Shown here piece after piece: positions 1 through 11,386 of a stretch of DNA of 36,990 nucleotides. The notes under the pieces are model-generated. The model made no database searches and was not told where the DNA came from. It saw only the letters and a program-made list of their open reading frames with translations. The DNA is taken from contig NC_068983.1 of assembly GCF_001194135.2 (NCBI RefSeq), positions 43,347,675 to 43,384,664 of the forward strand, given 5' to 3'. Positions within the stretch are counted from its first letter, which is position 1, and every line of letters begins with the position of its first letter. The position numbers were made by a program, and so were the translations under genes. The stretch is from Octopus bimaculoides. Taxonomy: Eukaryota.

Positions 1-37
1 TTCGGGCCTTATGCCTAGAGTAGAAAAGAATATTTTA

Positions 38-382
38 AAGGCGGCGAGCTGGCAGAAACGTTAGCACGCCGGTCGAAATGCTTAGCGGTATTTCGTCTGC
101 CGTGATGTTCTGAGTTCGAATTCCGCCGAGGTCGACTTTGCCTTCCATCCTTTCGGGGTCGATAAATTAAGTACCAGTTACGCACTTGGGTCGATGTAAT
201 TGACTTAATCCCTTTGTTCGTCCCCTCTATGTTTAGCCCCTTGTGGGTAGTAAAGAAATAAGAAATGTTAGCACTTCGGGCGAAATGCATAGCGGTATTT
301 CGTCTGTCGCTACGTTCTGAGTTCAAATTCCGCCGAGTTCGACTTTGCTTTTCATCCGTTCAGGGTTGATAAATTAAGTACC
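38..382 (+). mobile_element. SINE family A: tandem copies (38-262 full, 263-382 partial, tail of a third at 1-35)
   Basis: tRNA-like head ggcggcgagctggcagaaacgttagc...gagttcRaattcc, then the central ggtcgactttgccttycatcctttcggggtcgataaattaagtaccag, which resembles the recalled Meta-SINE domain. Confidence 0.88.
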
Positions 383-678
383 AGTGAAATTAAGTACCAT
401 GTGGTTGGTAAGCAAGCTACTTACCACACAGCCACTCCTGCGCCTGTAAGTTTTACTACCAATTTTTTTTTTTAAACTTGTTTCAGTCACAGGACTTCAG
501 GCCATGCTGGAGCAATGCCGTGAAGAATCTGGTCAAACAAATCCATCCCAGAATTTATTTTTAAAGTCTGATATATATTCTATTGACTTTTTGCCAAACC
601 ACTAATTTACAGGGTCATAAACAAACCAACACCCGTTGTCATGTATGGGTGGGGAGAAAACAGACACAAACACACACA

Positions 679-713
<35 letters not shown>

Positions 714-957
714 CACACGCACACACACACACCCTTCTCTTTTAAAAGAGAAAAAAATGGTTTCAGTCTGTGGCCATGCTGGGGCACCATCTTGAAGAAT
801 TTTGCAATTGAAAGAATCAACCCCAGTACTTTTATTCTTTTAAACCCGATACGTATTTTATCGATCTCTTTTGCTGAACTGCCAGCCACAGGAACATAAA
901 CACACCAACACTAGTTGTCAAGTGGTGAAGGGAGACAAACACAGACACAAAGACATG

Positions 958-1329
958 CATGTGGTAAGTAGCTTTCCTCCCAACCACATAGTTCTGGGTT
1001 CAGTCCCACTGCGTGGCGCCTTGGATTACAGTCTTCTACTATAGCCTCAGCCTGACCAAAGCCTTGTGAGTGGATTTGGTAGACGGAAACTGAAAGAAGC
1101 CCGTCGTATATGTGTGTGTGTAGGGGGTATGTTTGTGTGTGTTTATTCCCCACCATCGCTTGACAACCGATGTTAATGTGTTTACGTCCCCATAGCTTAG
1201 TGGTTCAGCAACATAGACTGATATAATAAGAACTAGGCTTACAAAGAACAAGTCCTGGGGTCGATTTGTTTGACTAAAGGCGGTGCTTCAGCATAACCAC
1301 AGTCAAATGACTGAAACAAAAGAATAAAA
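958..1329 (+). mobile_element. SINE family B (CORE-like, internal microsatellite), flanked by minus-strand fragments at about 399-445, 470-720, 758-957 and 1341-1500
   Basis: tRNA-like head, then gcgtggcRccttgg(gcaagtg)tcttctactatagcc, resembling the CORE domain (gtgaccttgggcaagt), then (TA/TG)n, then a 3' module ending cagtcaaatgactgaaacaa. Confidence 0.85.
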
Positions 1330-1500
1330 CAGAAAGGATATGATGGGCTTCTTTCAGTTTCCATCTACCAAATCCACTTATTAGGTTTTGGTTGGCTCAA
1401 GGCTATAGTAGAGGACACTTGTCCAAGGTGTTACACAGTGGGGTTGAACCTGGAACGATGTGGTTGGGAAACAAACTTCTTACCATACAGCCACACCTGC

Positions 1501-1797
1501 ATCATCATTATCACCATCGTTTAACGTCCGTTTTCCATGCTGGCATGGGTTGGACGGTTTGACTGAGGTCTAGAGAGTCAGCAGCTGCACCAAGCTCCAA
1601 TCTGATCTGGCAATGTTTCTACACCAGGATGCCCTTCCTAACGCCAACCACTCCGAGAGTCTAGTGGGTGCTTTTTCATGCCACCGGCACAGGAGCCAGT
1701 CAGGGGGTACTAGCATTGGCTACGTTCAGATGGTGCTTTTTATGTGCCAGCAGCACAGGAGCCAGTCAGGCAGTTGCCACCAGCACAGGAGCCTGCA
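1501..1797 (-). mobile_element. RTE 3' end fragment
   Basis: Same 3' UTR as 5311-5536 (gtttaacgtccg...ggatgcccttcctaacgccaacc) with a (CAT)n tail on the plus strand. Confidence 0.85.
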
Positions 1798-2319
1798 TCT
1801 ATATATATATCATTACATAATTGCTTGTTTGTTTTTAGATGTTGAATCAGGAGTAAGGATTAGTGCCCATCTAATCCTTACTTTGCAGTCCCTCTGAGGA
1901 TGATGAGCTTGATGTCCTTAATGTTCCCTTTAAACCCATTGCAGGTCAACAACTGCAGGAAAGACTTGAGCAAGGAGAAGATACCAGAGGGATGAAGTTG
2001 TGGGGAGGAAGGACTTAGTATAATGAATAATGAATAATGACGGGCCAAGGAGGAATGGGTGAATGTTACAAAGGTGATGTGAGGCAGAAAGACGAGTGAG
2101 TCAAGGGTATCTGATTGATGGAGATATGAGACCAGCCAGTTCTAAGAAACAAAGGCCATTATGGTAGCAATACGAAAAAGACAGACAAAGACAGGAGATA
2201 ACACACTTAGGGCCAGAAGCTAGACTGTCTCCCTTATTAGCAGTCCATTAGTCAACTAGTTAATAAATTGGGTCTTTTGTCACAGCCTATGACCTTATCA
2301 GTCAAGATGTAACTCTCAT

Positions 2320-2537
2320 TAAGGTGGCGAGCTGGCAGAAACGTTAGCACGTTGGGCGAAATGCTTAGCGGTAATTCGTCTGCCACTAAGTTCTGAGTTC
2401 AAATTCCGCCGAGGTCAACTTTGCCTTTCATCCTTTCGGGGGTTGATTAAATAAGTACCAGTTATGCACTGGGGTCAATATAATCAGTTTGTCTGTCCTT
2501 GTTTGTCTCCTCTGTGTGTAGTAAAGAAATAAGTGAT
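2320..2537 (+). mobile_element. SINE family A, full length, with 14-bp TSD
   Basis: TSD gatgtaactctcat at 2306-2319 and 2538-2551. Confidence 0.92.
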
Positions 2538-3635
2538 GATGTAACTCTCATACACCTTAATGCTAACATATACACCTTGTTCTTTTGATGTTGCTTGTGT
2601 ATAAGTGTTGTAAAGTGGGTTCCTCCCACTGGTGTGATGTGTGACTGCTGTTGTACTGTAGTTGCTATTTTACACTAGTAGCCACAATAGTTATTAGTCA
2701 TTGGATACCATTGTATCTCTTCATACCAGAATAGCAATACACTAACTTCTGTTTTACTGTTGCCGATAGTTCCACTAGACACCGGCTACAACTGTTAACT
2801 CTTCAACTCTTGATGATTAGCTACTGGTCTGCTTATAATGGCTGGTTCCAACCATTTTCAACCAGGAGGGGTATACAGTTTCACTATACAACAATAAGTT
2901 TAGGGAAGATGCATCCTTTCATGAAGTTACCAAGTTGTTATTCTTGAGACAATAGAATATGTTTTCAGTCACTTGTAAGTGTGATAAAAGTTTACAGTAC
3001 CAGGCTTTGCAAAAGTCCTGTTACATTCGGTTTTAGGTCTTTCAAGAGGTTTACATGTGTGATAAAAAGTGTTGTTAAATATACTTAACGTTCTACCAAC
3101 TAGTTTGTAAATAAAATACCTAACACCTCCATTGATGATATTCCTAATTTATCAAAATAAAAGGAAGAGAGGTTTTTCAAGATAGACAATGTACACCAAA
3201 ATATCAATGATGGATTTATTTAAATGTTAATTTACATAATGTTAATTTACATAATGTTAATGGTCATACTGTGCTGAAGGATGGTTGTGGCTTTTGAACA
3301 TCTTTTTGGAGAGAAATCATTCTTAGTTTGTCTGTCTGATTCCATCATAGACTGAAATTTAAACAAAATAATTATTAAAATTTTCTTATACAATTACAAT
3401 TTCCTCAGTTAACATTTTGTTACTGTATTTCTGTAGATAATGGGGAGTTTAGTATATTAGGTTTCTCATTATCAAAATGGTGTTTGGAACATAAATTAAC
3501 AGGAAATTTTGACGGAGGGTTTTAATTTAGATCGCTTTAATCCGTTTGTTACCACATTGATTTTGAAACATACTGTTTTTGTTTCAATTAATTTTGAAAA
3601 TAATGAAGAATTTAGTCATCATTAAGCTCACTTGG

Positions 3636-4960
3636 AAAGCATGGGATGAAGTGGGGAAAAACAATCTTCAGAAGTTGAGCCTCACAGAAGATCAAGAGAC
3701 TGCTCTGTGTATGGACTCATATGATTAAACACATTTTAGCTGTGACATCCTTCCAAAATTAGGTGTTTTTCTATAAGGCCTCTGTCCCTCTATGGTTGAT
3801 GGTTAGCTGGAAGATTTAGAACAGGAAGTTTGCCCCATTGAAGTAGGGGTGGTGGTTTCTGTGTACATATTCAAGGCTGGGGTAAGATTTTTTGCATCCC
3901 TTTCATCCTTATTTTTACAGAACGTCCTTTTCATCTCCGCCTTTTTTTTGCTTGAGAAGATTTCTCCAGCTTAGTAAAATCAAAACCATAAAGACATGGA
4001 CTTTGTTTATGGCCTTATACACAATCTGTCCCTGATGCTCCCATCCTCCCAAAACCTCTCCCACCATGACCACCACTCACTGTATTCCTTTCCTATCTAT
4101 CTCCAACTCTCTTTCATGAACTTACCTGCACACGATGACTCTATCAAATCTCTTTCCCACAATATACCCCACTAACACTCCCTTCCCCCTACTTGTGTCC
4201 ACTCACTACATTTCCTCCCATCCATCACCCACTCACCTTTCACAATCAACCACTCGGCCAATCCCTTCCCTAGTCCACTTCACTATATAAACTCCCTGTG
4301 ACTTTGGTGTATGTCCCCCCATCACATCTTTACCATCTTATCTCTCTCCTCTCCTCTTCTCTCTCTAACTGGGACAGTTATGTATCTCCTCTACTGCAAG
4401 GCACTTATTTTTGACTCTCTATCATACTCTAGCTTCTCATCACCTGGCACAAAGCCCCCTCCCTCAATACTATTCTCCACTCAGTTGAGGGGGTCTTGTC
4501 TGGCAAGTAACTTGGCCACCTCACTGCTGCTGGTGCCACTTAAAAAGGACCCAGTCATCATCATCATCCAGTGTTTTAAATCGGGGTTTTGTCCCTGTTA
4601 ACGGGGCTAGCCAGATCTACCTCAATGCCATAGCAACTGAGGCAGGCAGGTGCAGCCCACCCCAACCGTCGAGCTGTCTGGTGCCAATTCTACCTTGCTA
4701 TCATGAGGTTTTTTTGGGAGCTGGATTTTCTATGGGGAGCATGCCCTTGCTTACCCCCAACCTCAGTTTCTAGACACTAGTCGTCCCAAGACCAAGGCCT
4801 CTGCTACAGTTTTTAAGAAATGTGGTGGAAAACTAGCTCAGGAAAGCAGGGATGCTACTCCCTGAGACCTCTTTTGGAGCCCCTTACTTAAAAAGGACCT
4901 AGTACACACTGTAAAATGTTTGGCAGTAGGAGATGTATACAGCTGAGGTACAAGAGATAG
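3636..4960 (+). mobile_element. Decayed RTE 3' region (C-terminus and long 3' UTR) with a nested insertion
   Basis: KAWDEVGKNNLQKLSLTED-like C-terminal remnant at about 3636-3695. The 3' UTR motif gctggtgccac..aaaaaggacccagt..acactgtaaa is interrupted at 4555 and resumes at 4886. Internal boundaries are uncertain. Confidence 0.5.
4556..4885 (-). mobile_element. Retroposon fragment with (GAT)n tail and 18-bp TSD
   Basis: Flanked by acttaaaaaggacccagt (4538-4555) and acttaaaaaggacctagt (4886-4903). A second copy lies at 12164-12599 on the plus strand. Confidence 0.8.
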
Positions 4961-5310
4961 AGAGCCAGGAACAAAGCCAGAGATACAAAGGAGTTGAAAT
5001 AGTGACAGCTGAACAGAGAAAATGGGAGATTGATGCTGTTGAAAAAAATGAAGAGTGTTCAGCAAAAGAAAAAAAGGGGGGGGGGAGTGATGAAAAGGGC
5101 ATTCAGTAAAAATAAGGATGAAAGGGATGCAAAAAATCTTAACCCAGCCTTGAATATGTACACAGATGTACAGATGTATAGTCAACCATAGAGCGACAGA
5201 GGCCTTATAGAAAGACATCTAATTTTGGAAGGATGTCACAGCTAAAATGTGTTTAATAAGAGTCCATACACAACGAAGTCATAATTATTATTATTATTAA
5301 GGCAACAAGT

Positions 5311-6745
5311 TCATCATCATCATCGTTTAACGTCCGCTTTCCATGCTAGCATGGGTTGGACGATTTGACTGAGGACTGGTGAAACCGGATGGCAACACCA
5401 GGCTCCAGTCTGATTTGGCAGAGTTTCTACAGCTGGATGCCCTTCCTAACGCCAACCACTCAGAGAGTGTAGTGGGTGCTTTTACGTGTCACCCGCACGA
5501 AAACGGCCACGCTCGAAATGGTGTCTTTTATGTGCCNNNNNNNNNNNNNNNNNNNNNNNNNNNNNNNNNNNNNNNNNNNNNNNNNNNNNNNNNNNNNNNN
5601 NNNNNNNNNNNNNNNNNNNNNNNNNNNNNNNNNNNNNNNNNNNNNNNNNNNNNNNNNNNNNNNNNNNNNNNNNNNNNNNNNNNNNNNNNNNNNNNNNNNN
5701 NNNNNNNNNNNNNNNNNNNNNNNNNNNNNNNNNNNNNNNNNNNNNNNNNNNNNNNNNNNNNNNNNNNNNNNNNNNNNNNNNNNNNNNNNNNNNNNNNNNN
5801 NNNNNNNNNNNNNNNNNNNNNNNNNNNNNNNNNNNNNNNNNNNNNNNNNNNNNNNNNNNNNNNNNNNNNNNNNNNNNNNNNNNNNNNNNNNNNNNNNNNN
5901 NNNNNNNNNNNNNNNNNNNNNNNNNNNNNNNNNNNNNNNNNNNNNNNNNNNNNNNNNNNNNNNNNNNNNNNNNNNNNNNNNNNNNNNNNNNNNNNNNNNN
6001 NNNNNNNNNNNNNNNNNNNNNNNNNNNNNNNNNNNNNNNNNNNNNNNNNNNNNNNNNNNNNNNNNNNNNNNNNNNNNNNNNNNNNNNNNNNNNNNNNNNN
6101 NNNNNNNNNNNNNNNNNNNNNNNNNNNNNNNNNNNNNNNNNNNNNNNNNNNNNNNNNNNNNNNNNNNNNNNNNNNNNNNNNNNNNNNNNNNNNNNNNNNN
6201 NNNNNNNNNNNNNNNNNNNNNNNNNNNNNNNNNNNNNNNNNNNNNNNNNNNNNNNNNNNNNNNNNNNNNNNNNNNNNNNNNNNNNNNNNNNNNNNNNNNN
6301 NNNNNNNNNNNNNNNNNNNNNNNNNNNNNNNNNNNNNNNNNNNNNNNNNNNNNNNNNNNNNNNNNNNNNNNNNNNNNNNNNNNNNNNNNNNNNNNNNNNN
6401 NNTACTTATTAGGATTTTGGTTTTAGCTAGGTTGACTCTAAGGCCCTTCAATTCTAGACCTTGCTTCCACACCTGAAACTTCTCCTCTAGTTCTGATAGT
6501 GACTCCGCAATTAGGGCAAGGTCATCAGCATAGAGGAGCTCCCAGGGGCAACCTGTCTTGAACTCCTCTGTGATTGCCTGGAGGACTATGGTAAATAATA
6601 GGGGGCTGAGGACGGAACCTTGGTGGACCCCTACCTCTACCCGGAATTCATTGCTGTACTCATTTCCAACCCTCACCTTACTGGCCGCATCTCTGTACAT
6701 GGCTCGCACAGCTCTCACTAGCCATTCTTCTATCCCAAGTTTCCT
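5311..6745 (-). mobile_element. 5'-truncated RTE-clade LINE with reverse transcriptase fragment (middle in assembly gap)
   Basis: RKLGIEEWLVRAV...GVHQGSVLSPLLF...LLYADDLALIAE...GLRVNLAKTK at 6745-6403. The 3' UTR carries GGTTGGCGTTAGGAAGGGCATCC and a (GAT)n tail at 5311-5325. Confidence 0.92.
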
Positions 6746-7005
6746 GCTGGGTAAAATGCTTAGCAGCATTTCATCTGTCTGCACATTCTGGGTTCAAACT
6801 CCGCCGAGGTTGTCTTTGCATTTCATCCTTTAAAGGGTTGATAATTAAGTACCAGTTGAACACTGGGGTCAATGTAATTGACTCATCCCCTCCCCAACAT
6901 TTCCTGGCCTAGTGCCAAAATTTGAAACCAATATTATACATACAGAATGGTGGCGAACTGGCAGAACCATTAGCACGCTGGACGAAATGCTTAATGGTAT
7001 TTCAC
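6746..7005 (+). mobile_element. SINE family A body (6746-6935) and a further head (6948-7005)
   Basis: Similarity to the 38-262 copy. The tail is the second type (cccctcccc...atttc.tggcct.gtgcc). Confidence 0.8.
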
Positions 7006-7008
7006 CCA

Positions 7009-7458
7009 GGACTGGCAAGCCAAGAGACTGAGGACTGGTAAGCCAAGAGACTGAGGACTGGCAAGCCAGGAGACTGTATCAGGCTCCAGTCTGATCTGGC
7101 AAGGTTTCTATAACTGGATTCCTAACGGAGTGGTTTCCTAACGCCAGCCACTCTGAGAATGTAGTGGGTACTTTTTACATGACACTGGCATGGGAGCCAG
7201 TCAGGCAGCACTGACATCAACCATGCTTGAATGGTGCTTTTTATGTGCCACCAGCACTGGCATTAACCACAGTTGAATGGTGCTTTTTATGTTAATTTAT
7301 ATTCCAATAACTAGTTTAATTGTGACAATGTTTATCATCATCATTGTTTAACGTCCGCTTTCCATGCTGGCATGGGTTGGACAGTTTGACTGAAAACTGA
7401 CAAGCCGGGAGGCGGCACCAAGCTCCAATCTGATTTGGCAAGGTTTCTACAGCTGGCA
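7009..7458 (-). mobile_element. Two adjacent RTE 3' end fragments (about 7009-7290 and 7330-7458)
   Basis: Similar to the 5311 and 1501 RTE tails. Includes three tandem copies of a 23-bp unit (ggactggcaagccaagagactga) at 7009-7076. Confidence 0.75.
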
Positions 7459-8366
7459 AAATTAATTGAAACAAAGGTAGTGTATTTACACAAAAATACG
7501 ATAACAAAACAGTTACATATTCCATAATGGTATTCAAAAACAGGTAAAATTTAATTTGAATTCTTAGCAGCTTCTGAAATGAGTTTTTGCACTTGAGATT
7601 TATAATCACTGGGTGAGACAGTCTGTAACAAGGGAGATAATCCATGGTACACGAAGCATGGACTTCACACAACTGATAACGTTCAAGACGACATGCTACA
7701 GATTGATGCTATGGGTCAGTAGGGCAGCCCAGAGAACGAGTGCTTCAGTATAGGATAAAAGGAAAGTAAACTAAAATCCAGCAGCATTGAAAACAGAAAT
7801 ATTTTGACCATCTTATCAAGGTCAAGCGATGTTGGGGGGACAAACAGACATACAAATATACACAGGGGCTGGGTGGATGGAAAACAGACTCATAAGTAAC
7901 AGAGACGAACATGGAGTGATGATATCAAGGAGTGGACATTAGAATAGGGGACAGCTGCAGCAGAAGACCACAGTATATGCAAGGAGTGGTGGTTGAATCT
8001 GAAACCCTTCCCACACAATGGAAACGTCCATTCCATCAAATTCCTGTAAATTGCCCAAACACACCGATGCACTAGAGGCCGTTGCAGTAAGTGCTGCTGG
8101 CCATTCTCTGCAGCAACGCCTTTGCAATCATGTCTGCAAGACGCAGCTAAACATGCCATTTGTTATGGGGTGTACAACCTGTAACTCCCCCACCACCATC
8201 TTCTGCTTAATCCCACCCATTTTCTTTTCCTTTGTTTCCTTGGTGAGGTAATTATGGGTACATTTTTTCCTTGATAATTTTATTGTTTACACTTTAATGT
8301 TCTTTTCTTTTCTTCTTGTGTAAATTAAGCTTAAAATTTATTAAAAAATTTTTTTTTTTAAATAAA

Positions 8367-9035
8367 TGTGGTAAGTAGCTTGCTTACCAACCACATGGTT
8401 CCAGGTTCAGTCCCACTGCATGGCACCTTGGGCAAGTGTCTTCTACAATAGCCTTGGGCTGACCAAAACCTTGTGAGTGGGTTTGGCAGATGGAAATGGA
8501 AAGAAGCCCATCATGTGTATATATATATATATTATAAGGTTTTTAAACTTTTAAATTTTCATATTCAAAAAAGACAGAGACTTCAAATTCGATATATCGA
8601 TTTATTCACCACTCTATGTTAATATTTCTGTGCCAAACTTATCCAGTGACTGGTCCATTGGATTTAGACATTTGGCACTTCTTCAGGAGTGGTTACCATT
8701 TGAACAAAACACGAAAAAACACATACATAACTATTATTAAATCTTTAGAATCTCGTTAGCTTTCGTCCCATATATATATATATAAACACACATGTATGTG
8801 TGCATTTGTGTGTCTGTGTTTGTCCCTCCAACATCGCTTGACAACCAATGCTAGTGCGTTTACAACCCCGTAACTTAGAAGTTCACCAAAAGAGACCAAA
8901 AGAATAAGTTCTAGGCTTACAAAGAATAAGTTCTAGGCTTTCAAAGAATAAGTCCTGGGGGTCGATTTGCTTGACTAAAGGCAGTGCTCCAGCAAGGCCA
9001 CAGTCAAATGACTGAAACAAGTAAAAGAATAAAAA
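8367..9035 (+). mobile_element. SINE family B split at its microsatellite by a ~250-bp insertion (about 8530-8770)
   Basis: 5' half 8367-8520 and 3' half 8775-9035. The insert sits between (TA)n runs. Confidence 0.8.
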
Positions 9036-9039
9036 AATA

Positions 9040-9237
9040 GGTGTTTCTGATTTAGGTTCAAGGCCAGGAAGTTTGATCAGAGGGGTCAGTCTATAGTATT
9101 AACCCCAGTAAATGACTGGTACTTTATACAGATCCAAAAGAGCTAAAAGGCACAGCAGAACTTAAACTCATAACATAAAGAAACAGAACAAATAGCACAA
9201 GGCTGATGTTTTAACGATTTTACCATTTTGCTGCCTA
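9040..9237 (-). mobile_element. Old, diverged SINE family A copy just 3' of GTF3C6
   Basis: Minus strand aggcagcaaaatggtaaaatcgtta...aaagtaccagtcatttactggggtt...cttcctggccttg. Confidence 0.6.
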
Positions 9238-9300
9238 AAGAGGGGGAATATAATTACCAAATAAAATACTGACTGTTTAGCAGATAATAAAACTTTCATC

Positions 9301-9306
9301 TTTATT
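9301..9306 (-). terminator. Candidate polyadenylation signal AATAAA of GTF3C6
   Basis: AATAAA 52 nt after the stop codon on the minus strand, followed by T-rich sequence (gttttattat...tattttattt). Confidence 0.65.
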
Positions 9307-9358
9307 GGTTACCTTGCAAGTAAATGGATGCTATGACATTGTTAGGCTTCATTCTGGA

Positions 9359-9528
9359 TCACAGAGGCATATTACAAGACCTCAGGGTATTACCAGAAGA
9401 GAGAATACTGCAGTCTTCCATATCATCAATGTCAATTCTTGGAGAATCGTCTTTCTTTTGCAGGAAGACTCGTTTCAGAAGCAGCTTTTTATCAGTGTGG
9501 CATAAATACTCTAATTTGGAAGTACCAT
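9359..9528 (-). CDS. GTF3C6: GTF3C6 terminal coding exon 4: (D)GTSKLEYLCHTDKKLLLKRVFLQKKDDSPRIDIDDMEDCSILSSGNTLRSCNMPL*
   Basis: Acceptor tttctttttcttcag, and phase 1 completes the GAT codon. LEYLCHTDKKLLLKRVFL matches the recalled human LKYKCHTMKKLSMTRTLL. Stop TGA at 9361-9359. Total CDS 402 nt = 133 aa plus stop. Confidence 0.92.
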
Positions 9529-9604
9529 CTGAAGAAAAAGAAAGAGAAAAAAAAAATCAATGAAGAACTGTTGGAATAAAATTTCAAAAGCAAAATTAAA
9601 CAGA

Positions 9605-9768
9605 AGGCGCAGGAGTGGCTGTGTGGTAAGTAGCTTGCTTACCAATCACATTGTTCCGGGTTCAGTCCCTCTGCGTGGCACCTTGGGCAAATGTTTTCTA
9701 CCATAGCCTCGGGCTGACCAAAGCCTTGTGAGTGGATTTGGTAGACGGAAACTGAAAGGAGCCTGTCG

Positions 9769-9842
<74 letters not shown>

Positions 9843-9923
9843 TGTTTGTCCCCCCAACATCGCTTGACAACCGATGCTGGTGTGTTTACGTCCCCGTAAC
9901 TTAGCGGTTCGGCAAAAGAGATA
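9605..9923 (+). mobile_element. SINE family B in GTF3C6 intron 3
   Basis: Intact head aggcgcaggagtggctgtgtggtaag, CORE-like segment, (TA)n(TG)n, truncated 3' module. Confidence 0.9.
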
Positions 9924-10026
9924 CAAAGCTACTCCCTTTAAGAGTAGAGATATAAAACAATTGTGTTAATTTTAAAACAGAAAAAAAAAAGGTTAAAATG
10001 ATATTTGGCAAAATAATTATACCAAC

Positions 10027-10132
10027 CTTTATTTAAATCATCAAACAGTAACGAAGTACCAACATTAGTTTCATATTTGCCAGAAAATATGTGTGAACCA
10101 ATTTGTACAACTGGGTTTGGGGTTCCTAGGCC
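10027..10132 (-). CDS. GTF3C6: GTF3C6 coding exon 3: GLGTPNPVVQIGSHIFSGKYETNVGTSLLFDDLNK
   Basis: Long pyrimidine tract ending ttaccttcag, donor AAG|GTTGGT, 106 nt, phase 0-1. Aligns to the recalled human GIDTERPILQVDSCVFAGEYEDTLGTCVIFEE. Confidence 0.93.
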
Positions 10133-10229
10133 CTGAAGGTAAAAAAAGGGAAATTAACAGGAATAGAAATATGAAGAGAAATGGTATTGATGATAAAATA
10201 CAGAAAAAGAGATTATTATTATTATTATG

Positions 10230-10700
10230 ATTATTATTATTATTGAGTGAGAGAGCAATGCATGCCATCAAAGTGACACTGGGGTACAAATATATGAAGC
10301 CCAATATACCCATCACGACTACCTGTCTGATAAGGGTACACCAGGCACATGCAACATGCATCACAAACATATGCATGACATGATGACTTTATATCAAGAT
10401 AATAAGCATATGAGCTTGCAGGTGGGGGCCCAGTTAGAAATTTCTTCAGGTTGAGTAGTTTATACCACTCAAAAGGTCCCTGAAGGAGGTTTAATGATGA
10501 TGAACAAAATATCCATGTTTCCAGAGGTGAATTATTCAAACCCCAAAGAATTCATCTCAGCACATGGCTTTGATGCTCCCCCACTACTTCTGCTCCTGAT
10601 CAGAGATGCACATATCATCAGCCACTAAGGGATATGATCAACTGGTTAAGGTCAAACAATTGACAAGCAAATCTGTGGTATTGAGCAGAGCAAGCTGGCA
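10230..10700 (-). mobile_element. Probable LINE 3' end with (TAA)n tail in GTF3C6 intron 2
   Basis: (TTA)n tract followed by sequence recalled as a common octopus interspersed repeat. No coding signature, family not assigned. Confidence 0.45.
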
Positions 10701-11199
10701 GAATGCATTGTAATATTTGTTTCAGCTTGTAGTTTCTGACTTGCACTAGATACATACACTTGCTTGACCTGCAAGACATAGCAGCCAAACAACCCTCGGA
10801 TCACACCCAATTTTTTTATAAAAGAGAAAGACTTTCGATAATGTGATCCTAGATATTCCAAATAAGACTAGGTTGCCTTGGTTTGAACATTTACAAGAAA
10901 TAATGGCACCACTTAAATACAGAGGTCCTGATGCATCTACGTAACGATATGAAGGGGAGGTAATCTCGTTTTATCAAAATTACTATTAAAGTTTTAGGGT
11001 TAGTGTCTTGTGAAGTCACAGTAGTTTTGGTAAAACTAGATTACACCCTAATGCGTCGGGACGTCTGTATTTAAGTAGTACTGAAATAACTCAGATTGTG
11101 ATGGCTTATCCAACCTATGCCACTCACTCTCTCTGGTTAGTCCATACCATCCTGTAAGGAGCATAGGGATGGTTTTCCAGTTTCTCTGGTGCATACATA

Positions 11200-11379
11200 T
11201 TCCTCTTTGGACAGGATACCAAACCCTTGCAAGATTACTTTTACAAGCTGAAGGGAGAGGAGCAACGTATAATGAAGTGTTTTGTTCAAGAGCACAGCAC
11301 ATTGCCCAGTCTAGGAATCGAAACCACAATCTTACAATCATGGGCCCAACACCCTAACCACCAACCCATGTGCCTCCAC
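11200..11379 (-). mobile_element. tRNA-head CORE-like SINE variant (second copy at about 23397-23550, -)
   Basis: Head similar to family C, followed by gtg.tcttgaRcaaa.cacttcat.a.acgttgc. Confidence 0.6.
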
Positions 11380-11386
11380 ATATATA

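Noticed and set aside
1850-2900. Non-repetitive-looking region that might hold exons
   Set aside because: The minus-strand frames I translated over 2540-2880 contain frequent stops, the ORF track shows nothing substantial on either strand, and no good splice pairs were seen. Probably old TE debris.
5379-6476. Long ORFs of 300-400 aa in the track (also 31463-32576, 28306-28790, 33328-33855)
   Set aside because: They are runs of N translated as X. Only the RT portion at 6403-6745 is real coding sequence.
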